Part shown: in pieces, positions 21,335-32,706 of the stretch | How the letters are laid out: each line of letters starts with the position of its first letter | How positions within the stretch are numbered: position 1 is the first letter of the stretch | Source of the DNA: Squalus acanthias | Lineage: Eukaryota | Length of the DNA stretch: 64,000 bases | Assembly (NCBI GenBank): GCA_030390025.1 | Contig: CM059432.1 | Coordinates: forward strand, 112,222,001-112,286,000 | Direction: 5' to 3' | Program-made: the position numbers and the translations under genes | Notes under the pieces: generated by a model | The model's input: only the letters and a program-made list of their open reading frames with translations | Told to the model about the DNA's origin: nothing | Databases searched by the model: none

Positions 21335-23146
21335 TCATGGGGCACTATTAGACGGTCCTGCGGCACCTACGGGGCCGGTTGCGACCGCCACCTGTCCACG
21401 CGCATTCAAGACCAGCTTGCGCATGGCTCCTAACACTGCTTCGAGGTCGTCGGGAGGGGTGGGTGCCTTGGCTTCCTTAGCCGGGACAGGCGCCTGGGCT
21501 CGCACCGCGGGATTTTTATCCTTGGAATCCTTCCAAGGGTTCCTGCAATGCTTGCGCCAGTGCCCTGTCTTCCCACACCCGTAACAAGCATTACTTGCCT
21601 GTGGGGCGCGATTACCCTCCTGATGCCACTCTCTTTGATACGGGGCTGCGGGTCGTACCTCGTGTACTCTTCCCTTAAGGGGACGTGTTGCCATACCCCT
21701 TATATTGCGATAACCTAACGTGAGTCGATTCAAGACCGACTCTTCCGTAATGTTGAGGTCATTGGGATCAAACCATGCTTTTGCCTGCTCTCTAACGGCT
21801 GGTAAACTGTTGGCTATTATGCACCTAAGCCAATGAGTTAAAGCGGCGCCTTCCACATCTTCGCGCTCGGGCGCGCCTAGACAGCTGCGCTCATATACTG
21901 GCCACAGCCTGTCGGCAAAAACCTTCGGGGGTTCTCCCTCCATCTGCACTGTCTGTCCCACTCTAGCAAACGGACCTTCGTCGTTCGCCCCCAACACTTC
22001 TAGGACCTCATTCTTTAATTCCTCATAACTCTTGGTTCCCCTCTTGCTCTCGCCTGAGAGACACTGAAGGACCGAGCTGTCTAATGAGAACAGCAGCATT
22101 TTTGCTGTCTCCCCATCATCGCAGCCGTTAATGGCTGCGGCTTGCTCAACTTCTCTGAAATGTACGGAAGGGTCGTCTATCTCGGTCAGCTTCCGTACGT
22201 GATTTATCATAGCTCTCAGCTGATGTGAACTGTGAGGCAACACCAGCTGTCCGAGGAGATCCCCCGGTTCTTCCCCACCGTTTCTGCTTGGGCCCCTTTT
22301 AATACCCGTTACTGGATACAACGATCCCTTTTCTACTTCCTTTTCAATGGGCTCTTTTGTTTCTTCCATTGCTTCCTCCCTAACCCAGGTTTCTGAATAG
22401 CTGGGTGGCGCGGAGGGCGCAGTGGCTACTACTTCTTCTGCTTTACTTGGTGGGGATTTTCTAAATCTCTCATTTACTAGCGGCTGGTGCGCCGACGGAT
22501 TGATAAGGCACACCATGCCGTTCGCATTGTTCACGGCCTTTTTGAGGTGCTCTATCTCCCTTTGGCAGGCGCTATGATCGGCTCCCTGAAACTTATCCTC
22601 AAGGGCCAACTTATATGCCGCCCTAACCCCCATTAAGCTCTCTTCTTGAGTTCTTATCTGGGCAGCTTGGCGGTTACATCTTTCCTTTAACCTACTCTCA
22701 TTCAATTTTGCCTCAGTGACCTGGCACTCGAGATAATCTATCCTTGTTTTAAGGTGACTGGAGACTTCCTGGCTTTCTTGGTGTAACTCATTTAAATTCT
22801 TAATGAGCACCTCTCCTCCAGAAACCTTCTCCTCCATTTCTCCCTCTAAATGACTGATTCGAGCTACTAGCGCTGTAATGGTCTGGTTTGAAATCTGAAC
22901 CTGCCTTTTGTAGCACATAAGCCAGACTGCTTTCTCAAGTGTCTTTCTATGTTCTTTACTATCTGTCCACCTTTCAGCTGCCTCTAGTGGGCTCTTATCC
23001 GCTAACAATTCACTTATCCATTTCTTAGTTAGATTAACCTTTCCAAACACATAATCCGCTATCTTTTCCTGCATAACATTTCGTACAGTCATTCCAAAAT
23101 CTAACACACTACCCTCTCGCTGCCAGTGTCCTGCCGCGGTCGCCAT
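21335..23146 (-). CDS. gag: Gag polyprotein
   Basis: First ATG at 23146 (MATAAGH), N-terminal coiled-coil-like region, PSAPPSY, and a single CCHC knuckle CYGCGKTGHWRKHC, upstream of pol. Confidence 0.93.
   Translation of the reverse strand: MATAAGHWQREGSVLDFGMTVRNVMQEKIADYVFGKVNLTKKWISELLADKSPLEAAERWTDSKEHRKTLEKAVWLMCYKRQVQISNQTITALVARISHLEGEMEEKVSGGEVLIKNLNELHQESQEVSSHLKTRIDYLECQVTEAKLNESRLKERCNRQAAQIRTQEESLMGVRAAYKLALEDKFQGADHSACQREIEHLKKAVNNANGMVCLINPSAHQPLVNERFRKSPPSKAEEVVATAPSAPPSYSETWVREEAMEETKEPIEKEVEKGSLYPVTGIKRGPSRNGGEEPGDLLGQLVLPHSSHQLRAMINHVRKLTEIDDPSVHFREVEQAAAINGCDDGETAKMLLFSLDSSVLQCLSGESKRGTKSYEELKNEVLEVLGANDEGPFARVGQTVQMEGEPPKVFADRLWPVYERSCLGAPEREDVEGAALTHWLRCIIANSLPAVREQAKAWFDPNDLNITEESVLNRLTLGYRNIRGMATRPLKGRVHEVRPAAPYQREWHQEGNRAPQASNACYGCGKTGHWRKHCRNPWKDSKDKNPAVRAQAPVPAKEAKAPTPPDDLEAVLGAMRKLVLNARGQVAVATGPVGAAGPSNSAP
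23129..23145 (-). promoter_or_regulatory. Primer-binding site, tRNA-Ser-like
   Basis: TGGCGACCGCGGCAGGA 5 nt after the 5' LTR. It resembles the complement of tRNA-Ser 3' ends (TGGCG....CGGCAGGA) with internal mismatches. Confidence 0.7.
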
Positions 23147-23150
23147 TTTC

Positions 23151-24866
23151 TGTAAGGGATTCCTGACCCTGCGTGTCTCGCAGCCTGTGAGATTCACGCG
23201 GCTCTGTGCAGCCTGTATGTCAGTGCGGGTCTAGGCCTTGTTGCCTGTTCTGGTCTCCAGCCAGTCTGGGAACACTAGACACACCTGTGAGTGGTTCGAA
23301 TCACTCTCCCTTACGGTTCTAGACACTGGACTTAGATGCGAGAGCAGTAATGGAGATAAAACTCATGTAGACTTGGTTTGAATGGTACGAAATGGAAAAT
23401 CTTTATTGCATGATACTTAAAATTATGAAATACATGTCATAAGCACAGATTAATGACAGTACAATCTTACAAACAGTTATATAGTCGATCTTAGGGAAAC
23501 GAGGAACGAACGGCACAAAGTAAATAGGGGCACACATTACAAATATCCTTAATCCTTAAACCCTCCCCTATCAATATCTATCCTAAACTAGATTCGTAGG
23601 ATCTCGAGACTCATGCTCACCACTCGTGATAACTCGGAGAAATTCCGAATAGCTGATCGGATGTTTTTCACCGCAGCACCCACGTGTCGGTCAGGAGATC
23701 TCCTGGTCCCACTTGTTTACTTGCTTCTGCTGCTCCGGCTAGCAGGCTGGACCGTCTGCTGTGATGAAGACCTGTGTTGGTTGGCTTAACAGGTACTCTT
23801 GGAGCACAGTTGTCAATATCATCGATACGATGTGTTTTCACGTTCCAGTTACCCTGGACACAGTCCAGTTATCGTCGATGCAATATGTTTCGTTATAAGT
23901 TCAAAAGAGAAATCTTCCTGGCGAGGAAAACTTGGCTAATCGACCTACAGGCGCGGTCGGGATTTACTGACCGTGGCGATGGATATGGTCTTCCTCTCTT
24001 CTCATCTCATCTCATCTCATCTCATCTCATCTCGGGCCTTCGGTTCCGCTGCCAGTTACCAACATAGGTCTTCGTTACGCGACACGAGGTAGATCCGAAC
24101 GGATCAGAAAGTTCAACAGTCTTTTCAGAAGAGGCAACAGGCAAGCAGAAGCCCAACTACGAGTACACAGGAGCAGCCACGAGGTTACGAATCGACCGGA
24201 TAAAAGCACAGGAGCAAGAGAGCGAATGCAAGAGAGAGAATGGACGGTTTGGAGCCTGCAATTATAGTGCAAAATCTTCCGTTTCCCGCCCAACTATAAT
24301 GTCCTTTCTTTTGTTTAGGGTTTGGCGCCCAAATGTCTTGTATGGGTGATCTCCGTTCTTAATGGGTTTCGGGGCTACTCGTAAATGTCTGAGTACCTGT
24401 TAATATTTCTCCCATTGTTAAATCGGTCGGTGTTCTCCCTGGAGGGGTTTGGGGCTTCCAAGTGTCCTGTATAACTACCTGCTAACGGCTCTCTCATCGT
24501 AGAGTCGTTGGGATTTTACATATTAATGTCTTTTGGATGGGCCCTTGATTACTCGGTACAATGGCTTTCCTTTGTACCTGGGAGACCGATTCCAGTATCT
24601 ATGTTTATACTGCAAACCCATAATGTCTCGTGTATTATCTTCACTGTGCTGAATCTTAATCGATCTTGCACAAATGTTTATTGGAACGCCATCTTGTCTG
24701 CCTGTTGAAAAGTCTAGAATGTTCTGTCACGAGGTGCGGCGGCCATTTTACAGGCTGCTTGTGTCCACTTTAAACTTGCCAGCGTTCTGCTGAAATAAAA
24801 GCTGTTTGAACGAAACTCTGTGTTCTTTCCTTATTAACAAAATCGCGATATATTGCGAATTCTACA
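23151..24866 (-). repeat. 5' LTR (1716 bp)
   Basis: Repeat of 11973-13683. The only difference I noticed is one extra CTCAT microsatellite unit near 24001-24030. Confidence 0.97.
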
Positions 24867-25212
24867 GATTCATGGTAAGCTATTGCACTCACTTTGCATT
24901 GATATAACAGGGACGGGGGGCATTGAAATTCCACATCCATGCTTGCCAGCCCATGATTTTTTGCATATTCACTGTAATGTAGGTAAAATAGCATGCTGGT
25001 AAGTGCTGAAGTGGATTTTTTTAACAGACTACAATAATGAATGGATTTATTTACAATTAAATAGATATACAAAGCACAAAAGATTGGCAAAAAAATAAAA
25101 CATAAATACAGTGAGAAAAGTCTGTAATGGGTCAACTGTCCTTTGAAAGAATGTCAGTGTTTAAAAATGTCTCTGATACTTAGAAAAACTTCTGACACTG
25201 AATGGCAAGTTA

Positions 25213-25470
25213 CATAGGGATAGCAGTTGACCATTCAATCCCTTGAGCCTGTTCCGCTATTCAATTGGGTCATGGCTGGTCTGTATCTCAACTCCATTTA
25301 CCCACCTTTGCTCCATATCCCTTGATATCCTTACCGAACAAAGATATATCAATCTCAGATTGAAAATTTAAACTGACCCAGCATCCACAGCCTTTTAGGG
25401 AGAGAGTTCCAGATTTCCACTACCGTTTGTGTAAAAAAGTGTTTCCTGATTTTACTCCTAAATGGCCGAG
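25213..25470 (-). repeat. Old CR1 LINE 3' end fragment
   Basis: Minus-strand RPFRSKIRKHFFTQTVVEIWNSLP, followed by a CR1-type tail. Confidence 0.7.
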
Positions 25471-25689
25471 CGCATCTGTTTGTGTTCTCTTGTACCATTT
25501 TCAGTAACAGTGTATCTGGCATTCCTTTTACCTTATACATTGGGTTATTGAAATGCAACAACGTAACAGCCTCCGTGCACTACTGCCCATTTGCCTCCAT
25601 CTCCTGTGGGCTTGTTGGAAGCTGCTTAGAAACTTGGGAGACCCAATCTTCTGTGCATGTGCAGAAGATCTTTTTTCTGAATTGACTCA

Positions 25690-27067
25690 AGAAAGGGTGT
25701 AAGGACAATCCTAGTAATTACAGGCCGGTCAGTTTAACATCAGTGGTGGGTAAGGTTTTAGAAACAATAATTAGGGAAAAAAATAACAGGCACTTGGAGA
25801 GGTTTAAGTTAATTAAGGAGAGCCAGCACAGTAAAAGGCAGATCGTGTTTGACTAATCTAATTGAATTTTTTGATGAAGTAACAGAGAAGGTTGATGAAG
25901 GGAATGCAGTGGATGTTGTCTATGTGGATTTTAAGGAAGTACCACAGAATAGGCTGGTTAACAAAACTGAGGTTCATGGAATAGGAAGATCAGTGTCAGC
26001 TTGGATAAAAATAGGCTTAAGGACAGAAAACAGCAAGTCGTGGTAAATGGTTGTTTTTCAGACTGCAGAATGGTAGACAGTGGTGTTCCCCAAGGGTCAG
26101 TGCTAGGACCTCTGCTTTTTTTGATATATATAAATGACTTGGATATTGGAATACAGAGTAAAATTTCAAAATTTGCCGATGATACTAAACTTGGAGGTAT
26201 GGCAAACAGTGAGGAGGATACTAATCGACTGCAATAGGACAGAGATCAGCTAGCAGAATGGGCAGACAAGTGGCAGATGGAATTTAATACAGAGAAGTGT
26301 GAGGTGATGCATTTTGACAGGAAGGATACAGAGAGGCACAGTTCTAAAGAGTGTGCAGGGACAGAGGGACCTGGGGGTTCATGTGCATAGATCTTAGAAG
26401 GTGGCAGGACATATTGAGAGAGTAGTTAGCAAAGCATATGGAATCTTGGGCTTCATAAATAGAGGTATTGAGTACAAAAGTAGGGAATTTATCCTGAACC
26501 TTTATAAAGCTCTATATAAGGCCATAACTAGAGTATTGCGTCCAATTCTAGTCACCACACTTTAGGAAGCATGTGAAGGTCCTTGAGAGGGTGCAGAGAT
26601 TTACCAGAATAGTTCCAGGGATGAGGGATTTCAGCTACAAGGTTAGGTTGGAGAAGCTGGGGTTGTTCTCCTTGGAGCAGAGGAGGTTGAAGGGAGATTT
26701 GATCGAGGTATACAAGATTATGACGGGTTTGGATAAGGTAGACCGAGAAAGGCTGTTCCCATTATCTGATGGTACAAGGACTAGGGGACACAAATTTAAG
26801 GTTATGGGCTAGAGATACAGGGGGGATGTGAGGAAGAACTTTTTTAATGCAGCGAGCGGTAATGACCTAGAACTCACTGCCGATGAGGGTGGTGGAAGCG
26901 GAGACGATCAATGATTTCAAAAGGAAATTGGATAGACACTTGAGGGAAATAAACTTGCAGGGCTACGGGGATAGAGTGGGGGACTGGGACTGACTGGATT
27001 GCTCTACAGAGAGCCGGCACGGACTCGATGGGCCAAATGGCCTTCTTCTGTGCCATAATGACTCTAT
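25690..27067 (+). mobile_element. 5'-truncated CR1 LINE (degenerate RT)
   Basis: [27 protein letters not shown] and LFSLEQRRL motifs, with stops and frameshifts. Confidence 0.9.
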
Positions 27068-27763
27068 GGGGGGGAAATTCGATGGCGCACCCTTTGGGGC
27101 GCTAACTTCGCCGTGGCGCTAAAAGTTAGCGCCCATTGCGCCGTAAATTCAGTGGTAGCACCCCAAGCAGGAGGCAGGCACTACTGGAAGCGCTCCCCCT
27201 CCTTCTTGGGGCGCTACCAGTGAATTTTGCAACGCTACGTGCAACAGCACCATGCGCATCGGCACATAGCGCCACGTAATTGCAGGCCTCCCTCCCCTGA
27301 TTAAAGGGGAGGGGCCTAGCGCTGCGCACACCGGGGCCCTACTGGACCACCGGGGAGTGGGGTGCTGGGAAAACACTGTCGGCACCCTGAAGAAAAAAGG
27401 GGAAGGGGGCAGGTGCTGGCAGTTGGCCAAAACAAAATGGCCGCGCGACACCTGCCCTTTAACTTGCGCTGCCGCGGCTGTAAAAACACCACCCTGACCC
27501 TGTTGGACATATCGTCCGGCGATAGGTCAGGGGGCGCAACCGAAGTTTGCAGCTGGGGCGCTAGTGGGGTGTTGTGCACGGCGATGACGTTATTTCCGGC
27601 GGCGCAGCGCGCGGGGCGCTATCAACTACTGCCACCGCTAATCTCCTGCTGAATTTCGCGGGAGGCGTTAGCAGTGCCACGCCCAGGCACTAGGGGCTTT
27701 GTGCCCCGTTAGCACCCCCCAGGGGTGCTAATGGGAGGCACAAAGCAGCCCAATTTTCCCCCC
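27068..27763. mobile_element. GC-rich MITE inserted in the CR1 3' tail
   Basis: TIRs GGGGGGGAAATT / AATTTTCCCCCC with a TAT TSD. Confidence 0.8.
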
Positions 27764-28739
27764 TATGACTCCTAAATGACATGTAAACACTGCTGAACAT
27801 TGTTGTTTTGTTTTCAATTGCGCCTCTGAATTATGAAAATAACAGGATTCAGTGAGCCTGAGAGCATTGCAGCGAGCCTGGGAATGGATGCTAATGCTGA
27901 GCTGGTTCTGTATGTCAGTGTGTATGCTTCACTATGCTATTTTCTGTCATGTTGTAAGCAAACTGACACACTTGGCCTGGCTCAGCATCTTTCGTGGGCC
28001 GGAAGAGAAAACAGTTTATCTTAGCAGATCGCAAGGCTCTGGGTATGTACTGTCATCAGCCCTCTGGAGGTTGAGTTGTTTATCTTAAGGAGTGCTGTCA
28101 ATGGCAAGAGAATCTTGTATCGGCAGTCAATAACACTCCATCAAGGTAAAAGGGGAATTATTGTGCCTTATTCCTTGAGGATGGAATGCAGTGTACGTTC
28201 TTGTTTAAATCATCTCCAAAATTATTGAGCTCCAATATTTTTCCAGTGCTATTTTTCACCTCAATTCTTTTGAAGTCTTGTTTCCAGATGAATTTAATAT
28301 ATTATTTTCATAAATTCAATTGACAAATGCTATACACACAAACATATGAATATCTAGATACACAAATGGCGACCCAAACAAAATTCAGACCCTCCCATGG
28401 GGAACATCTGTTATTGTCTGCAAGTATTCACTCAATATACATGTTTCTAGATAAATGAGTTTCAACAAGAAATTGACAGTGGAAAACAATCAGCTCGTTC
28501 AGATACAGGAAACACTGCTATTTACACTGACATAGCCATTAATAATTTAAATTAACAAACCAATCAAAATACTCCTTTTGATCTTGTGATCAGCAACCAT
28601 TGTTTGAATTCTAATTAAAATTAAACTTCCAAAATCTACACTTTTGTGACATTTCCCTTTGCCCTGGAAGAGGTCATCTATATGAACAACCCGTGTTATT
28701 CTTGTTGCAATAACCTCTCTGCATTGCCATTTACTGTTC

Positions 28740-29030
28740 CGACACGTCCATGGTGATACTCTGGAAAGCTGATACTTCAAAGTAGCAAGCACACATTTTG
28801 TTGCGATTTAAATTTAACCATAGTAGAGGGTTGTGGTCAAAACTGAAAGCTGCACACCATTTGAATAATTGGAGTCTCTGTAATGGCACTGACACAATCA
28901 TGTACATCTTTTCTAGTTGCAATAGCTTGTGCCTCAGGGAAATAACTGGCCGGTCTTTCCATCGGACATTCACTTGACTCAGCAAGACTCCAACACCCCT
29001 GACGGAAGCCTCAGAGTGAACCAACACACT
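28740..29030 (-). pseudogene. Ancient Gypsy-type RNase H fragment
   Basis: VHSEASVRGVGVLLSQ...RPV...KLLQLEKMY...DHNPLLWL resembles the Ty3/Gypsy TDAS..G.GAVL.Q / RP / DH.PL pattern. Confidence 0.6.
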
Positions 29031-29697
29031 CCAATATATACGAAGGAACTGTTCAAACTGGGAATCTGCGCACAATTTCCTTCAGAAGTTTAAAATTATC
29101 CTGTACAGTTTTGTGACCAAACAACTTGATTTGGGCACTATTTTGCAGTGAAATCTGTTAACAGTACAGGTCTGTGCCTCTTGTTCAGTTCCAGTAATAG
29201 CCTGCCATCCTGAGGAAATCTCATATCTGCTTCTTTGTTGTAAGGCAGGGCCACTGTAAGATGACATGCATTTTCACATGAGCACGTTTCTGTTGAATTT
29301 TTCCTCTCCCCCCACCCCCAACTATGGTGACCATCTTACAGCACCTGCTGTAGAACATTTTCAGCTTTTACTGTTAATTGACCTCTTGGAACTGGGGTAG
29401 TATATCTTTGAGTGGATTAAATGGTCATTCCATTTCTGACTAAGAATGGTAATGCCGTCCATCTACATATGCCCCAACATAATCTCATGCCCCACCAGCA
29501 CAGATCCCATTAGCCATTGGTACATGGCTGCTACAAATCTTTCATCTCAAGGGATATGACAATAAACTCAAATAATCTTGAGTGTCGTAAATGCAAAATG
29601 CATTTAAGCTGTAGCGTTCAGAAGATCTGCTATATCCTTTGGTTAAGTTGAGCCTCATGAGATACTTGGTTTCTCCTATCTTCCTGAAAAACTAGTC

Positions 29698-32627
29698 TGT
29701 GGGAGAGCTGTCCCACAGACGAGTCAAGCAACAACCTGACATAGTCATACTCACAGAATCATACCTTCCAGCCAAGGCCACCAGAGGTGGCGGCACAGTA
29801 ATAAGAAGGAAACCGGATGGACCACCTGACATTCACCTCAGCACCGGCTACGGCCATGGCAGTCAACCCTGCAAAGTCCTCCTCACCAACATCTGGGGAC
29901 TTGTGCCAAAATTGGGAGAGCTGTCCCACAGACTAGTCAAGCAACAGCCTGACATAGTCATACTCACAGAATCATACCTTTCAGCCAATGTCCCAAACTC
30001 CTCCATCTCCATCCCTGGGTATGTCCTGTCCCACTGGTTGTGGTACAGTGGTATACAGTCGGGAGGGAGTGGCCCTGGGAGTCCTCAACATTGACTCCGG
30101 ACCCCATGAAGTCTCATGGCTTCAGGTCAAGCATGGGCAAGGAAAACTCCTGCTGATTACCACCTACTGCCCTCCCTCAGCTGATGAATCAGTACTCCTC
30201 CATGTTGAACACCACTTGGAAGAAGCACTGAGAGTAGCAAGGGCACAGAATGTATTCTGGGTGGGGGACTTCAATGTCTATCACCAAGAGTGGCTCGGTA
30301 GCACCACTACTGACCAAGCTGGCCGAGTCCTGAAGGACTTAGCTGCCAGTCTGGGCCTGCGACAGGTGGTGAGAGAACCAACACGACGGAAAAACCTACT
30401 TGACCTCATCCTCACCAATCTAACTGTCGCAGATGCATCTGTCCATGACAGCATTGGTAGCAGTGACCACCGCACAGTCATTGTGGGCACGAAGTCCCGT
30501 CTTCATACTGAGGACACCCTCCATCGTGCTCAAAACTGGGCATCCATGAGGCACTGTGGGCCAGCAGCAGCAGCAGAATTGTATTCCACCACAATCTGTA
30601 ACATCAGGGTTCGGCATATTCCTCACTCTACCATTACCATCAAGCCAGGTGACCAACCCTCTTTCAATAAGGAGTGCAGAGGAGCATGCCAGGAGCAGCA
30701 CCAGGCGCAACTAAAAATGAGGAGCGAACCTGGGAAAGCTGCAACACAGGACTACATGCATGCTAAACAGTGGAAACAGCATGCTATAGACAGAGCTAAG
30801 TGATCCCACAATCAACAGATCAGATCAAAGCTCTGCAGTCCTGCCACATCCAGTCGTGAATGGTGGTGGACAATTAAACGACTAACGAGAGGAGGAGGCT
30901 CCATGAATATCCCCATTCTCAATGATGCCGGAGCCCAGCACGTGAGTGCAAAAGACAAGGCTGAAGTGTTTGCAACCATCTTCAGTCAGAAGTGCTGAGT
31001 GGATGATCCATATTGGCCTCCTCCTGAGTTCCCCACCATCACAGAAGCTAAGCTTCAGCCAATTCAATTCACTTCACGTGATATCAAGAAATGGCTGAGC
31101 GCACTGGATACAGCAAAGGCTATGGGCCCCGACAACATCCTGGCTGTCACCCTGAAGACTTGTGCTCCAGAACTAGCCGTGCCACTAGCCAAGCTATTCC
31201 AGTACAGCTACAACACTGGCATCTATCCGACAATGTGGAAAACTGCCCAGGTATGTCCTGTTCACAAAAAGCAGGACAAATCCAATCTGGCCAATTACTG
31301 CCCCATCATTCTACTCTCAATCATCAGCAAAGTGATGGAAGGTGTCATCAACAGTGCTATCAGGTGGCACTTACTCACCAATAACCTGCTCACCGATGCT
31401 CAGTTTGGGTTCCGCCAGGACCCCTCGGCTCCAGACCTCATTACAGCCTTGGTCCAAACATGGACAAAAGAGCTGATTTCCAGAAGTGAAGTGATAGTGA
31501 CTGGCCTTGTCATCAAGGCAGCATTTGACCGAGTGTTGGATCAAGGAGCCCTGGTAAAACTGAAGTCAATGGGAATCAGGGGGAAAACTCTCCACTGGCT
31601 GGAGTCATACCTAGCACAAAGGAAGATGGTTGTGGTTGCTGGAGGTCAATCATCACAGCCCCAGGACATCGTTGCAGGTGTTCCTCAGGGAAGGATCCTA
31701 GGCCCAACCATCTTCATCTGCTTCATCAATGACCTTCCCTCCATCATAAGGTCAGAAGTGGGGATGTTCACTGATGACTGCACAGTGTTCAGTGCCATTC
31801 GCAACTCCACTGATAATGAAGCAGTCCATGCAGCAAGACCTGGACGACATTCAGGCTTGGGCTGATAAGTGCCAAGCAATGACTATCTCCAACAAGCGAG
31901 AGTCTAACCACCGCCCCTTGACATTCAATGGCATTACCATTGCCGAATCGCCCACCATCAACATCCTGTGGGTCACCATTGACCAGAAACCTAACTGGAC
32001 CAGCCACATAAATATTGTGGCTACAAGAGCAGGTCAGAGGCTGGGTATTCTGTGGCGTGTGTCTCACCTCCTGACTCCCCAAAGCCTTTCCACCATCTAA
32101 AAGGCACAAGTCAGGAGTGTGATGGAATACTCACCACTTGCCTGGATGAGTGCAGCTCCAACAACACTCAAGAAGCTCAAAACCATTCAGGACAAAGCAG
32201 CTCGCTTGATTGGCATCCCATCCACCACCTTAAACATTCACTCCCTCCACCACTGGCGCACCATGGCTGCAGTGTGTACCATCTACAAGATGCACTGCAG
32301 CAACTCACCAAGGCTTCTTCGGCACCACCTCCCAAACACCTAGCACCTAGAAGGACAAGGGCAGCAGGCGCATGGGAACACCACCACCTCCAAGTTCCCC
32401 TCAAGTTACACTCCATCTTGACTTGGAAGTATATCGCCGTTCCTTCATCGTCGCTGGGTCAAAATCCTGGAACTCCCTCACTAACAGCACTGTGGGAGCA
32501 CCTTCACCACAAGGACTGCAGCGGTTCAAGAAGGAGGCTCACCACCACCTTCCCAAGGGCAATTAGGGATGGGCAATAAATGGTGGCCTTGCCAGCGACA
32601 CCCACATCCCATGAATGAATAAAAAAA
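29698..32627 (+). mobile_element. Non-LTR retrotransposon (CR1-clade, L2/Crack-like) with APE endonuclease and RT, degenerate
   Basis: PDIVILTES, GDFN, LDLILTN and SDH (APE). AFDRV, GVPQG and FTDD (RT). 3' GAATGAATAAAAAAA. Short duplication at the 5' end. Confidence 0.9.
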
Positions 32628-32706
32628 TCACCTCTGTGCAGGTCATAGTGTAGACATTAGCTCCCATTAATTTACAGTAATCTGCACCAAACAACGTAGA
32701 CTTATT

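Larger units (their letters stand above)
11973..24866 (-). mobile_element. Full-length endogenous retrovirus-like provirus (lokiretrovirus-like)
   Basis: LTR-PBS-gag-pol-env-PPT-LTR organisation, TGT...ACA termini, GATT TSD (11969-11972 and 24867-24870), and three uninterrupted long ORFs. Confidence 0.95.

Noticed and set aside
23147..23197. ORF-track extension of gag starting at a GTG inside the LTR
   Set aside because: Non-ATG start. The first ATG, in strong Kozak context, is at 23146.
23293..23302. GGTTCGAATC as part of a tRNA gene
   Set aside because: No cloverleaf or convincing A-box around it.
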